Assembly (NCBI GenBank): GCA_965235115.1
Contig: OZ249437.1
Coordinates: 35,030,001 to 35,094,000, forward strand
From: Laetmonice hystrix
Taxonomy: Eukaryota
Direction of reading: 5' to 3'
Length of the DNA: 64,000 nucleotides
Below are positions 26,140-38,900 of the stretch, piece by piece; position 1 is the first letter of the stretch, and the number at the start of each line of letters is the position of its first letter. Position numbers and translations under genes: made by a program. The notes below the pieces were generated by a model, which was not told the DNA's origin, ran no database searches, and saw nothing but the letters and a program-made list of their open reading frames with translations.

Positions 26140-28701
26140 GTATTACGACCTGGAAACAATAAGATTGGAACTAGAAAGGTTCGTATTAATATGTGTTCCT
26201 TGCAAGGGGATCTACCTTGTTAAGTCATGGCTGGACATGAAGGGCCGTACTCGTGTTACAGCAAATCGCGAATATCTAAAGTAACAAAATCAACCTTAAT
26301 TTGGATAGAGGCATAGACTCTACACTATAGGAATCACCTGTGTAAGGTATACCAACACTTTGCCGAGTCAAAGGTTGCCATATTATACCAACTTATTAAA
26401 CTACCTGGATCGCCACTAAGTGTCCTCAATCCAGACTTTCTTTACATCGCCATTTTCTACCAGTTTGAAATTATCGCTGACTCTACGTCATCGATCACGT
26501 GATGGCGATTCCTTCCTCGGTCTGGCAATAAGCAATGTGGGTCATCACCCGATGAATTTCATTGGCTCTCCAAGTCAATGCCAGGTCAACTATATTTTGC
26601 AGCAACTGGAATGCTGATTTTCATTTTGGAAGAATTCTAGATTAGGAATTCTCTGGGATTCCACCTGGGGGCGCTGCTATACACTAAACGTCACGAGGTG
26701 CAGACCGAACAACCGCCACTTTTCGAATGTCTTCATGGGAGTGATTGAAATACGAGATATTCGTGATTTGCTTTAACGATAAGAAATGACGTAATGACAC
26801 CGACATTAATTTCGTTCCTGCGTATCATTGCACAATCGTCTAAGACAAAAAGACATAGAAATGGTACATTGCATGAGCAGAGACTATTTGTGTCTGAGAA
26901 CGATCATGGAGTATAACAAACTCGTGGACAGAAGAGTTCGTAATGATTTCACAAGCGCCATCCCAGTTCTTAATAATAGGTTCTGGTGTCTCACTGGTTC
27001 GTTCCAATTATATACCGTCAGAGCAGCGTAATTAGCTGATTATGAAAACAAAGCCATGCGTTATGTACAAATCAAATTCAAAGAACCGGCGCACGCACAT
27101 AGCTACAGCGAGTTTAGACATACGCTAGAGGGCGCCTAGGTTCTTCCAAACAGGGAGTGAATTTGTTATTGGATTGACCGCGAGTCCGTCTACAGGTTAT
27201 TAAATGGTATGCATGTTTATACTGCCGCCCGTTCTGTAAGCCCTAAAGGCGGCAGTGGCCCGGGTCACACGTTTCCCAGGGTCTTCACTCCTGGATCTGT
27301 CGACCGTGCCCCCTTTTCCTCAGATCTGTTCCTGTGTGTTCAACCGATATTTATCCATCCATGCAGACAACTTGCCCCTCGCACATCGTATTATGAATCA
27401 TTGTTTGCCTATACCGGACATTAGATGCTGCCAGAGTATGACCGATACGCGGGGAGGCTGTCTTAACTTGTCCACGCTTCGTGAGCCGGTGATGCCGCAT
27501 GAACTGTTGGACTTGATCAATGTTCCGATGGCCCGAGCCGAGGGCAGGTCGGGTTGAAGTGAATGCTTGCAGGCCGAGCCGGACTGAGCTGGCCGGGAGG
27601 ACAAGACCTTGGAGAGCAGTTTAAACTGGGCCTTGCGCCGGACCGACCGTCTCCACCAACGTGTTGACCGATAGCATATAAACCTCCCACAATATGACGT
27701 GCTATAATTCCACGCCTCCTCAAAAAGCGAGAGTACCCTAAGATCAATACCCGCGAGTCTGTCACGGGAACTTTGCGGTCGTAAAACGAGCTCGGATGTC
27801 GGCACTGGGCCGGAAATAGAAAGGACCCCTCGAGACTGGGCCAGATTAACCTGTTCTCGGACTACTCGGAGTGGGAGACATTGGGGCCGGAACTGTGGCG
27901 CAGTAGGTCCGGCGACAAGCCACCCAACCTCCAATAACATATGCGTATCGTGTCTGGGATGTGGCGGACAGTCATGCAGACATTTGCTGAGGTCGGTAAC
28001 CAATCGACCCAGCTGAAGAAACTCTAGTCCGTCCGCTCTGACCGCCGGTGATAATTCAATCCGCCCAATGGAAATACAATTTCTTCGTAAGAAACAGGAA
28101 TGAGGCAGAGTTAAAGGCGGCACTGTTGTCCGAGACCTCAGGAATTTTCTTCCCATAGGCATGTGTTTAATCCCCTGAAAGACCCGTAGACTCTTGCTCT
28201 GGCACGCGAGAGATTTGAGCGCTCAAGGCATGTTACAAGTATCATTACAATGGAGGCGGCCACCGTTAGCAATGTTTTCTCTCTCTTTGCTTCAGTTCCC
28301 CTATTCAAAATGTCATGCATTTAATAGAAAGAACACGCATATGTTACCCTTACTTAAATACATACTCTTGCCATTGTTTTCATCTAAAATCATCGCAAGC
28401 CCCAGCAAATGCAGCGCCATCTATTAACACCTTCCGGAATTGCTAATTATGTCACAACAGAAGCATCGAGCTCGACTCACACAAATGTATTAAAGTTTCG
28501 CCCACAGGCTGCGGGCGCATGTTTAATGTACATGTTTACTAACTGTTGCGCGGCAGTTCGCACAGGTCTATAGTCGAATCACGCTACACAATGACAGGTG
28601 AACCGGTCATACACCGCCTCACTCTTCCATCTCACACCTGCGATCAGTCCGCACGCCAAAATAGAGGAGGCTACGCCATATTACTGATGGGGAGGGGATG
28701 G

Positions 28702-29190
28702 GGGCACCTTGAAACACATTAGCTAGGGCCGTACGGCCGCGAGGTCGAGGGCACCCTGAAACACACAGGGCCGTCCGGCCGTGGGGATCGAGGGACACCC
28801 TGAAACACACAGGGCCGTCCGGCCGTGGGGATCGAGGGGCACCCTGAAACACACCGGACCGTCCGGCCGTGGGGATCCAGGGACACCCTGAAACACACCG
28901 GACCGTCCGGCCGTGAGGATCGAGGGACACCCTGAAACACATTAAGGGCCGTCCGGCCGTGGGGATCGAGGGACACCCTGAAACACACCGGACCGTCCGG
29001 CCGTGGGGATCGAGGGGCACCCTGAAACACACCGGACCGTCCGGCCGTGGGGATCGAGGGGCACCCTGAAACACACCGGACCGTCCGGCCGTGGGGATCG
29101 AGGGGCACCCTGAAACACACCGGACCGTCCGGCCGTGGGGGGGGGGGGGGGAGGGATTGAGGGCACCCTGAAACACATAGGGCTGTCCGG
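28702..29190. repeat. CpG-rich minisatellite, 44 bp unit, about 11 copies
   Basis: Unit CCGGCCGTGGGGATCGAGGGGCACCCTGAAACACACCGGACCGT. Confidence 0.95.
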
Positions 29191-31619
29191 ACGTTGAGGG
29201 TTGGAGGGCACAACGGACGGCCGTCCGCGTCACCGAGGGAAGTATACCATTGATAATGGCGTTACCTTTACCCCGAGTCACAATTTCTATCAAAATTCCG
29301 TCTTATTTTCTCTTCTGTTGACTGCTGTCGCATTTTAAAATGTCTTATTTTTCAATTTTGAAAACGAAATATTTAAATAGCATCGGTCACTCGTATATAT
29401 TGAGCCAGGGACAGGAAACATTTTATGAGACAAACCAGTTATCTTTTGGCAGTGACAGATCAAAGGCGCTTAGGGACGCTTTAAGTTTTTAAAATGGTTT
29501 ACACCTTTATGAGATGTTCTCTGTACGCACTGAAATGGCATACAGATATCTATATACTGCTATCTTATTTCCTAATGTTGTCTTTAATGTCCAATATGCC
29601 TCGTGAAGCGTATGTCACCGGGTTTAATTATCCGTGCGTGTGGTGCCGTTCTACCTGTGTCGGCACCATTAGCATTCGTTATACTTATCTCAACGATAAC
29701 CCTAGCTCAAAGCTAATGAAAGACAGCAATGTAAAGGCCTCGTTGGCTTCATTGTAATTTGTCCAGCTGGAAGCGAACCATTTATAGATCCACGGCGATG
29801 CAGTCCGCCCGTTCGCTGCAGTCTATGCCCCCTCCCCGCCCCGCCCTGCTGCCTGCCGTCCCCCTCCTCCTCGACACATTCCCCTGACGGTGAGCGTCAG
29901 CGGCTAACACACGACTATTTGAAGGCCATCGAACGTTCCGGGGTTGCATTGAGAAGACAAACGGCAGCCAGCCGCACTGACGCCAGCCGCACGCACGACG
30001 TCCTTCGATGTTCTACGCTGGCAGCTAAAACACAACGATTTAAGTGGAGAGGTGAAAACGTCGTGCAGTGGATTTAAGAGATTATCATCATGGCCCGGCC
30101 ACAGGTGAGAAACTTTATCTCTATCTCTCTTTACCTTCATGCAGTACAATAATTCACTGCTCTCGATGCTGGGTGGGATGCTCTGACAGGTTGAGATGGG
30201 GCGGTCTACGTCAGACTTTGTAATGTGCGGAGGGCGAGACGAGGCGCCTCATATAATACTATACACAACGGAGGAGACCAGTCGATTAACACATGATAAT
30301 ATTTATTGTGAGAGGAGCGATCTACATCAAACATAACTGTGAGAGGCTCACCTCCGACACGACATTGGCACAGAGATCAGATCATCGAGAAACTGTTGTG
30401 AGAAGTATGCGGGAAAAAAGAGAATTCACGTTTTTTGAAGCTCTGTGCTCCTGCAGGACTGAGGAATGGGACGAAGGGTTCAAAGTCAAACATGATAATC
30501 GAATATGAGAACCCTATCAAAAAGGATGTCGTAAGAGGGGTGAATTGTTCTCGGAAACTGTGCGAGAGAATAATCGTCCTGTTAACGTAACGTTGTTAAA
30601 GGGGCCCGGAGGCTCTCCTTGAAAGCTGAACTATTGCTGAGGCCGTCTGCTCTTACCGTGACGTCATGAACAAACCACATAAACCACATGCGGAATTAGA
30701 TGGAAATGTAGAGTATAGGTACACTAGAATTGGCAATGTAGTTTGAATACCTGAGGTACAAGAGGTGACGACCTCAGTTAAAGTTGTCCTTTAAAAACAA
30801 AAAAACACATTGTCTTTTTGTATACCATTTATCTGCATCCACAGCATGCCGAAAAGGTCGCCGGATGTGTGTTCATGCTCGCAACATTGATACATCCATG
30901 AACTACGAGGCGATTGTATGGGTAAATATTTGGTCAGACAGCAACACGTGCCCTCCTTCATGTGCGCTCTCTCGAGCTAATGGCGAACACTTGGAACATT
31001 CAGCGAGACACCGTGTTTTAAAAAGTCGATCTAACGACGCAATTTGCCTGCAACTTTAGACTCAACTCTATCGACATGGAACTCCTATCTCCCGTCTTCT
31101 TCCTGGCTCATGGCAGGTAGGCAGGCAGGACTATGGGTATTATTTGTAGAAAGGCGTAAAAAGAATCCAGTTAAAACGGAATGCATGTCCATGAAGTGCC
31201 ATATTGTGAACAGAGTCAGGCAATGATCACTGAGGGATTTGAATACAGCGTGATTTAGGTATACAGGGCATTTCAAAATATGCGTTAGAGGGGGGAAACC
31301 AGTATGAGTCACGAGTGATGAATACGATACAGGGCCTATGTGAAGTTGTATATCGAAACCACGTCCACAATAATGGTCCTGGGACTGATGTATAGAAACG
31401 GTCTGGAGATGGGAACTTGATAACTGTACTGATATAAAGTACTGACCATGCAGACAACCGGTATAGACATAAGTGATGTATTGTCTGTAGAGCGGGTTTT
31501 TTCCTAAATTGCAGTGCAATTTACGTGCTGTTATGTTTCATCAAACTAAGCTTGTTGCACAATCCATAACTCTGTCACTGATCAAATCTGATGCTACGTG
31601 CCACTATCCTACTAGGGAG

Positions 31620-31791
31620 CCTGCCTGCCTACCTGCCTACCTGCCTACCTGCAGGTAGGCAGGTAGGCAGGTAGGCAGGCAGGAAGGCAGGCAGGTAGGC
31701 AGGCAGGCAGGCAGGCAGGGATGTAGGCAGGCAGGCAGGGAGGCAGGCGGTCAGGCAGGTAGGCGGGTAGGCAGGCAGGCAGGTAGGCGAG

Positions 31792-31836
<45 letters not shown>

Positions 31837-31921
31837 ATGTAGGCAGGCAGGCAGGCAGGCAGGCGGGTAGGCAGGCAGGCAGGTAGGCGAGCAGGCAGGC
31901 AGACAGGCAGACAGACAGGCA
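31620..31921. repeat. (GGCA/GGTA)n microsatellite with an inverted left end
   Basis: Directly visible; the first 64 bp form a perfect palindrome. Confidence 0.97.
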
Positions 31922-34040
31922 AAGGAGAGAAGAATGAGAGCTTTTCAAGGTGAGGCGATGGCTGGGACATGTCTCTCCGACAGACTCACCAATATTGTGT
32001 AGGATATACACAGCCATCTCCGCCCCTCAAGTCTATTATGGTGCCGCGGAGCCCCGCCCCACCACCCAGCCCCGTATGGACAGCCACAGCCTCAGCGATA
32101 TCGAACACCGCCCTTCCTACCACCGCACTTATTTGCTTAGCATGTTTGTCCAGAATCCGGTAACTGGATTACAATTATCGGTTCAGGAATTCGGCCGGGG
32201 CGTTCCGTGACCGGAAAGGACACGGGCAGAGCGCGTTCATCTCTATCGTATAGATAAGCTAAGGTAGGATGCTGTCGGGTCGGGTCTGGACGCTGATAAT
32301 GAAAGAGGTGTGACGCTGTCCGAAAGGCTCTGCGGTCACTCACGATCGACCGGTGGGTCCAGGACCCGTGGGAATTCACCATGTGGTCTGTCAAGGCGTA
32401 TCACGTCCTGGGATCGGGGTCGTCCGTTATCAACAGAGTCTGTAAGGAGCTGACGATATCGGGTCAGCGGGAGGACTCAATCTTATCACCGATGCCTTCG
32501 CCCCATCCTCTGTCAATCGATAATCGGTGGGAAGGGCAGCAGCCATTGGAAGAACCTACATACTCCCGCGGGGTGTAAGAATCTCGCAAAGTTGGTCCTG
32601 CCGCAATCTACCATTTCCATGTACTACTTAAGGCCAACTGTGACGTCACGCAGAACGCGACATACGTGATTCTGCTGTCTACGCAGGCGTGCTAAGAACG
32701 ACCGTGTCGAGCCGACATCCTGCCCAGAGATCAATGAAGGTTAAAGGACCTCTGAAACCATGGCCTTTCCCAAGGGACCTTTCGATGGAGGTCTGCTTGG
32801 TGACCTATCATATCGTAAACTCTAAAATTACTTAGAACGGAGTCCCTTGGGAAAATACGCCGAGCGTAAGGTTCTTAAGTGCACTACCCCATGTTTTACC
32901 TAAGTCCAACTGAGTAGGATGCGTGATTGATCGAGACCCCCCCCCCCCCCCACTCACCCACCCACTCCTTCCACCCTTGGAAAGGAAAAAAGTAGTACTC
33001 TAAAGGCGAAAGAAGTGTGACCTTTAAGAGATCACCATCTAGATGGAACCCGTACAGAATCCTATACCTACCTACACGCGGACGAGGCTGATTGCTGTCA
33101 GGAGTGCACATTGAAGGACTGAAGATACCGGTAAAGATACAATCTATAGGCCTAAATAATCATAGATCATTATGTTAGGAATTAGAGGGCCATGTTCACG
33201 TATGGGTTCTAGATCCGCCAGGTTCAAAGGGAGGTGAGGTTCCCTACCCTAATCATGCTCATCGTGTTCAAAAGGACATTCCAAATAAGATCTCATTTTT
33301 CATATCTCTTCAAGCACTGACCACCGACCCCTCAGGGTCTCCTCAGAGCCGTGTGTATTTCCAGTACAAGCATTCAGAATTCTGATGATTAAAGCCCCAG
33401 GCGCCAAATTTGGAGTTTTGCTCCAAAATGACCAATTTGCCCGACCAGAGGAGATGTTAGACCTGCGGAGAACGCGTGCTACCTTTAGTCTCTAAAGAGT
33501 TAAGATATAAATCAGAGACAGCCGAGATGGGTCCCACGCCGACAGATGTCCATTGCCCACCATTAGGATAAAATTGATGCTCCTCAATATCCATGGGGTG
33601 TGCTGGGTGCTCCTCAATATCCATGGTGTGTGTTGCGTGGGTGGGTGAGCAGACTATAGGCTTTCTTTGGTCCACGAGACATTTGTTCAAATGAAAAATT
33701 TCTCGTACGGAAGGAATTTCCCGCATTTCCCCTCCTGTGAATTCTTCGGAAGGAATTTCCCGCATTTCCCCCCCTGTGAATTCTTCGATTATTTCGAATG
33801 TCATGCAAGATCTTTTTACCCCGGTGGTTAAAAAGAACGGCTGCATGCCTGAGCACGACAGGGGACATTGTTTGACCAGGGGGTGCTGATAGACAGCGTC
33901 CGTGAACCAAGGCGGCGGGAGGAGGGCACATTAAAGATCATAAAGCTTTATCACACAGAGATGATCGAGGACATGCCACTCTTAACCAAACACACACATC
34001 GGCATTTTATAACTGCAGGTGCCAGAATTAACTAAATATT

Positions 34041-34261
34041 ATCCCATTTCCCTGACGGGGAAATGGGATTTTGATTTTGTATGGTTTCGTCTACACTATT
34101 ATTATTATTATTATCCCATTTCCACTCTGTGGAAATGGGATTTTGTTGTTGTATGGTTTCGTGTACACTATTATTATTATTATTATCCCATTTCCACTCT
34201 GTGGAAATGGGATTTTGTTGTTGTATGGTTTCGTGTACACTATTATTATTATTATTATTAT
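34041..34261 (+). mobile_element. Three tandem 72-bp hairpin mini-elements separated by (ATT)n
   Basis: Units start at 34041, 34113, 34185. Each has ATCCCATTTCC-loop-GGAAATGGGAT, and GGAAATGGGAT is shared with the 3' ends of the long elements downstream. Confidence 0.7.
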
Positions 34262-35944
34262 TCTTCCTGTAGTAAGACAAGGCTGGCCGTTCGCTCAGTT
34301 TTTAAGGTATCTGAATGAAACTTGGACAGAAGGTTCACCTAGGCAAGGACACCTGGCACCCAGATGCATTACGTCATAGGACGTAATTTGGACGTTTTAT
34401 GACGTAATATTGGCGTTTTTCAGCTAAATTTTGAAGTCCATTTTCATGGTGCTCTGAGAAGATATGCAAAAAGCGTTACTGCCATCTGATGAACATTAAG
34501 TCGACTAATAATTTTCTTGGTGAAGTTGACCTGTGACCTTTGACCTTAGTCGAAATTAGGTCAGAGGTAGGAAAACGCTTAAAACGTATCTTCTCCCTCA
34601 TTTTTCAATAAAATTTCACCAAATTGGGTAGAGAGGCTCCTGATACGAGGGTGCTTAAAAGTATGGCTGGATTTTTTCGATTTGACCTAGTTTCACCCTG
34701 TCACGTGACTTTAAACATGCGAATATGGTATGTTTGCATAGAGAATATAACATTTTGCATCTATGCAATATCTAAGCAATATCTAAGCTTATTTTAGACA
34801 GGTGTGTTAGCCTGTCATACATAAAACATGTTTCAATGATTTTTTTCATAATTAACCCTGTGACCTTTGACCTTTGGCAAAATTAGTTCCAATATATGAT
34901 CACCTGTAACATGAAAACAATGCATAATAGGCCAATAGTTGCTATTAATCAAGGATAGGAAGTCATATATGGCCTTTCATTTGGCGTCATTTGTACTTCG
35001 CTACAGTGACCTTGAAAGGTCAAATCCATGACCTACATATATTCAATGCTCCGTATCTTTGAAACCGTGCATAATAGGCCCATAGTTACTAATAAACATA
35101 GATAGGAAGATATATATGGCAATTCATTTGGCGCCATTTTTATTTCTCTGGAGTGACCTTAAAAGGTCAAATCCGTGACCTGCCAATATTCAAAGCTCTG
35201 TATCTTGGAAACCATGCACAATAGGCCAATAGTTACTATTAAACATGGATAGGAAGTCATATATGGCCTTTCATTTGGCGCCATTTTTATTTCTCTGGAG
35301 TGACCTTGAAAGGTCAAATTGGTGACCTGCCAATATTCAGAGCTCTGTATCTTGGAAACCGTGCATGTTAGGCCCGTGGTTACTGTTAATCATATATAGG
35401 AAGTCATATATGGGCTTTCAGTTAGCGCCATCTTTTTTTCTCTGGAGTGACCTTGAAAGGTCAAATTGGTGACCTGCCAATATTCAGAGCTCTGTATCTT
35501 GGAAACCGTGCATGTTAGGCCCGTGGTTACTGTTAATCATATATAGGAAGTCATATATGGGCTTTCAGTTGGCGCCATCTTTTTTTCTCTGGAGTGACCT
35601 TGAAAGGTCAAATTGGTGACCTGCCAATATTCAGAGCTCTGTATCTTGGAAACCGTGCAAGCTAGGTCCATGATTACTATTAATCAAGGATAGGAAGTCA
35701 TATATGGCCTTTCATTCGGCGCCATCTTTATTTCAATACAGTGACCTTGAAAGGTCAAATCTATGTCCCGCCAATATATAGATTTTGTATCTTGGAAACG
35801 ATGGATGATAAGCACATAGGTACTATTAAACATGCATAGGAATTAAGTTTAGATGTTTTTTCTTAAATGTCACCTGCCTTTGTCCTTGCCCTCCCAGGAT
35901 ACAGGAAATGGGATTTGGTGTTGCCCAGCAACCCATCGCTCTAG
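34262..35944 (+). mobile_element. Non-autonomous Helitron/Helentron-like element, copy 1 (1683 bp)
   Basis: Starts TC, ends GTTGC-CCA-GCAAC hairpin + 8 nt + CTAG followed by T; internal 147-bp subrepeats; no ORF. Confidence 0.75.
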
Positions 35945-35960
35945 TTATTATTATTATTAT

Positions 35961-37790
35961 TCTTCCTGTAGTAAGACAAGGCCGCCCATTCGCTCAGTTT
36001 TTAAGGTATCTGAATGAAACTTGGACAGAATGTTCACCTAGGCAAGGACACCTGGCACCCAGATTCATTACGTCATAGGACGTAATTTGGACGTTTTATG
36101 ACGTAATATTGGCGTTTTTCAGCTAAATTTTGAAGTCCATTTTCATGGTGCTCTGAGAAGATATGCAAAAAGCGTTAATGCCATCTGATGAACATTAAGT
36201 CGACTAATAATTTTCTAGGTGAAGTTGACCTGTGACCTTTGACCTTAGTCGAAATTAGGTCAGAGGTAGGAAAACGCTTAAAACGTATCTTCTCCCTCAT
36301 TTTTCAATAAAATTTCACCAAATTGGGTAGAGAGGCTCCTGATACGAGGGTGCTTAAAAGTATGGCTTAATTTTTTCGATTTGACCTAGTTTCACCCTGT
36401 CACGTGACTTTAAACATGCGAATATGGTATGTTTGCATAGAGAATATAACATTTTGCATCTATGCAATATCTAAGCAATATCTAAGCTTATTTTAGACAG
36501 GTGTGTTAGCCTGTCATACATAAAACATGTTTCAATGATTTTTTTCATAATTGACCCTGTGACCTTTGACCTTTGGCAAAATTAGTTCCAATATATGATC
36601 ACCTGTAACATGAAAACAATGCATAATAGGCCAATAGTTGCTATTAATCAAGGATAGGAAGTCATATATGGCCTTTCATTTGGCGCCATTTGTACTTCGC
36701 TACAGTGACCTTGAAAGGTCAAATCCATGACCTACATATATTCAATGCTCTGTATCTTGGAAACCGTGCACAATAGGCCCATAGTTACTATTAAACATAG
36801 ATAGGAAGTCATATATGGCCTTTCATTTGGCGCCATTTGTACTTCGCTACAGTGACCTTGAAAGGTCAAATCCATGACCTACATATATTCAATGCTCCGT
36901 ATCTTTGAAACCGTGCATAATAGGCCTATAGTTACTGATAAACATAGATAGGAAGATATATATGGCAATTCATTTGGCGCCATTTTTATTTCTCTGGAGT
37001 GACCTTGAAAGGTCAAATCCGTGACCTGCCAATATTCAAAGCTCTGTATCTTGGAAACCATGCACAATAGGCCAATAGTTACTATTAAACATGGATAGGA
37101 AGTCATATATGGCCTTTCATTTGGCGCCATTTTTATTTCTCTGGAGTGACCTTGAAAGGTCAAATTGGTGACCTGCCAATATTCAGAGCTCTGTATCTTG
37201 GAAACCGTGCATGTTAGGCCCGTGGTTACTGTTAATCATATATAGGAAGTCATATATGGGCTTTCAGTTAGCGCCATCTTTTTTTCTCTGGAGTGACCTT
37301 GAAAGGTCAAATTGGTGACCTGCCAATATTCAGAGCTCTGTATCTTGGAAACCGTGCATGTTAGGCCCGTGGTTACTGTTAATCATATATAGGAAGTCAT
37401 ATATGGGCTTTCAGTTGGCGCCATCTTTTTTTCTCTGGAGTGACCTTGAAAGGTCAAATTGGTGACCTGCCAATATTCAGAGCTCTGTATCTTGGAAACC
37501 GTGCAAGCTAGGTCCATGATTACTATTAATCATGGATAGGAAGTCATATATGGCCTTTCATTCGGCGCCATCTTTATTTCAATACAGTGACCTTGAAAGG
37601 TCAAATCTATGTCCCGCCAATATATAGATTTTGTATCTTGGAAACGATGGATGATAAGCACATAGGTACTATTAAACATGCATAGGAATTAAGTTTAGAT
37701 GTTTTTTCTTAAATGTCACCTGCTTTTGTCCTTGCCCTCCCATGATACAGGAAATGGGATTTGGTGTTGCCCAGCAACCCATCGCTCTAG
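35961..37790 (+). mobile_element. Non-autonomous Helitron/Helentron-like element, copy 2 (1830 bp)
   Basis: Near-identical to copy 1, with the same termini and exactly one extra 147-bp subrepeat. Confidence 0.75.
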
Positions 37791-38458
37791 TTATTATTAT
37801 TATTATTATTCCTGTTGTAAGACAAAGTGTATATCTCGGTCACTTTTTAAGATAGCAGGTTGAAACTTGCAGGGAGGGTTCATCATGGGATGAAGATCTG
37901 TGCATATGAAGCAGGACTTCATGCGACGTCATGTCTTGGTTTTATGACGTCTCAAACACGTCACATGGAGCATCAATTTATCAACTCCCAACACAAAACT
38001 ACTGTTACTTGGGGAAATATTGGTTATAGATCCTCTTCGTGGATGGTTCTCTAAGATACTTGTTCCATAACTTGACCTTGGATCATTACCCTTTCTGAGA
38101 TTCGGGTCAAAGGTCACAATATGGTTAAATCCTTACTACTCTCTCAATTTTTTGAAAATCTTGACCAAACCACTTCTGGGTGTTCCTAGTGGATAGCTTA
38201 AAATTGTGGGGCCGTTGTTTAGCGATCGGACCTTTTTTCACTGAATCACGTGACATCAAAGTTTGATTCTTTGGTCAGTTTACCAGAAATCGGTCATATC
38301 TCTGGCAGTTTTTAACAGATCTTAATGAAACTTGGTAGGCTTACAGAGGATGGGATGCTGAGCTAGATTTATGCAAACTTTTTTCTGTGACGTCACTCTT
38401 TTGTGTCATGAAGTCATCCACCTATTTCAAATAGGACCCAGGTACCTCTATACCCGTG

Positions 38459-38526
38459 AGTCTCAATAGCTGAGTGGGTAACATGCCCGACCTAAAGGCT
38501 GGAGATCATCGGTTCGAATCCCAAAA
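38459..38526 (+). pseudogene. tRNA-derived segment (Pol III A/B box), degenerate
   Basis: TAGCTGAGTGGG A-box-like and GGTTCGAATCC B box; poor anticodon and acceptor stem pairing. Confidence 0.6.
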
Positions 38527-38829
38527 AGTACAAAAAATGTTTTCTCATTTTTCACACTCTGAAAACCAAAACACCACCAGGCAGGATATGAGGCCTTGTC
38601 ACAGTCATAGTTATGAAATGTTTTGACATACATGGTTCTCAAAGATAAAGTTTACCAGAAATCGGTCATATCTCTGGCAGTTTTTAACAGATCTTAACGA
38701 AACTTAATAGGCTTAAAGAGGATGGGATGCTGAGCTAGATTTATGCAAACGTTTTTCTGTGACGTCACTCTTTTGTGTCATGACGTCATCCACCTATTTC
38801 AAATAGGACCTAGGTACCTCTACAAGCAT

Positions 38830-38900
38830 GAGTCTCAATAGCTGAGTTGGTAGCATGCCCGACCTAAACGCCGGAGATCATGGGTTCGAATCCCACCAAA
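38830..38900 (+). pseudogene. tRNA-derived segment, second copy
   Basis: TAGCTGAGTTGG...TGGGTTCGAATCCCA with an intact T-arm; anticodon stem mispaired. Confidence 0.65.

Noticed and set aside
27517-27790. SGNH-hydrolase-like start (RVLILGYSRFLRR)
   Set aside because: No other SGNH blocks follow.
25759-29293. Repeat-protein ORFs from the track (25838-26284, 25759-26112, 28619-29293, 28719-29213)
   Set aside because: They are open only because the minisatellite units lack stops; no domain or splice support.
33540-33600. Lipase-like FYPNGG motif
   Set aside because: No GxSxG or other lipase context.
38459-38900. Functional tRNA genes
   Set aside because: Acceptor and anticodon stems do not pair; treated as tRNA-derived segments.
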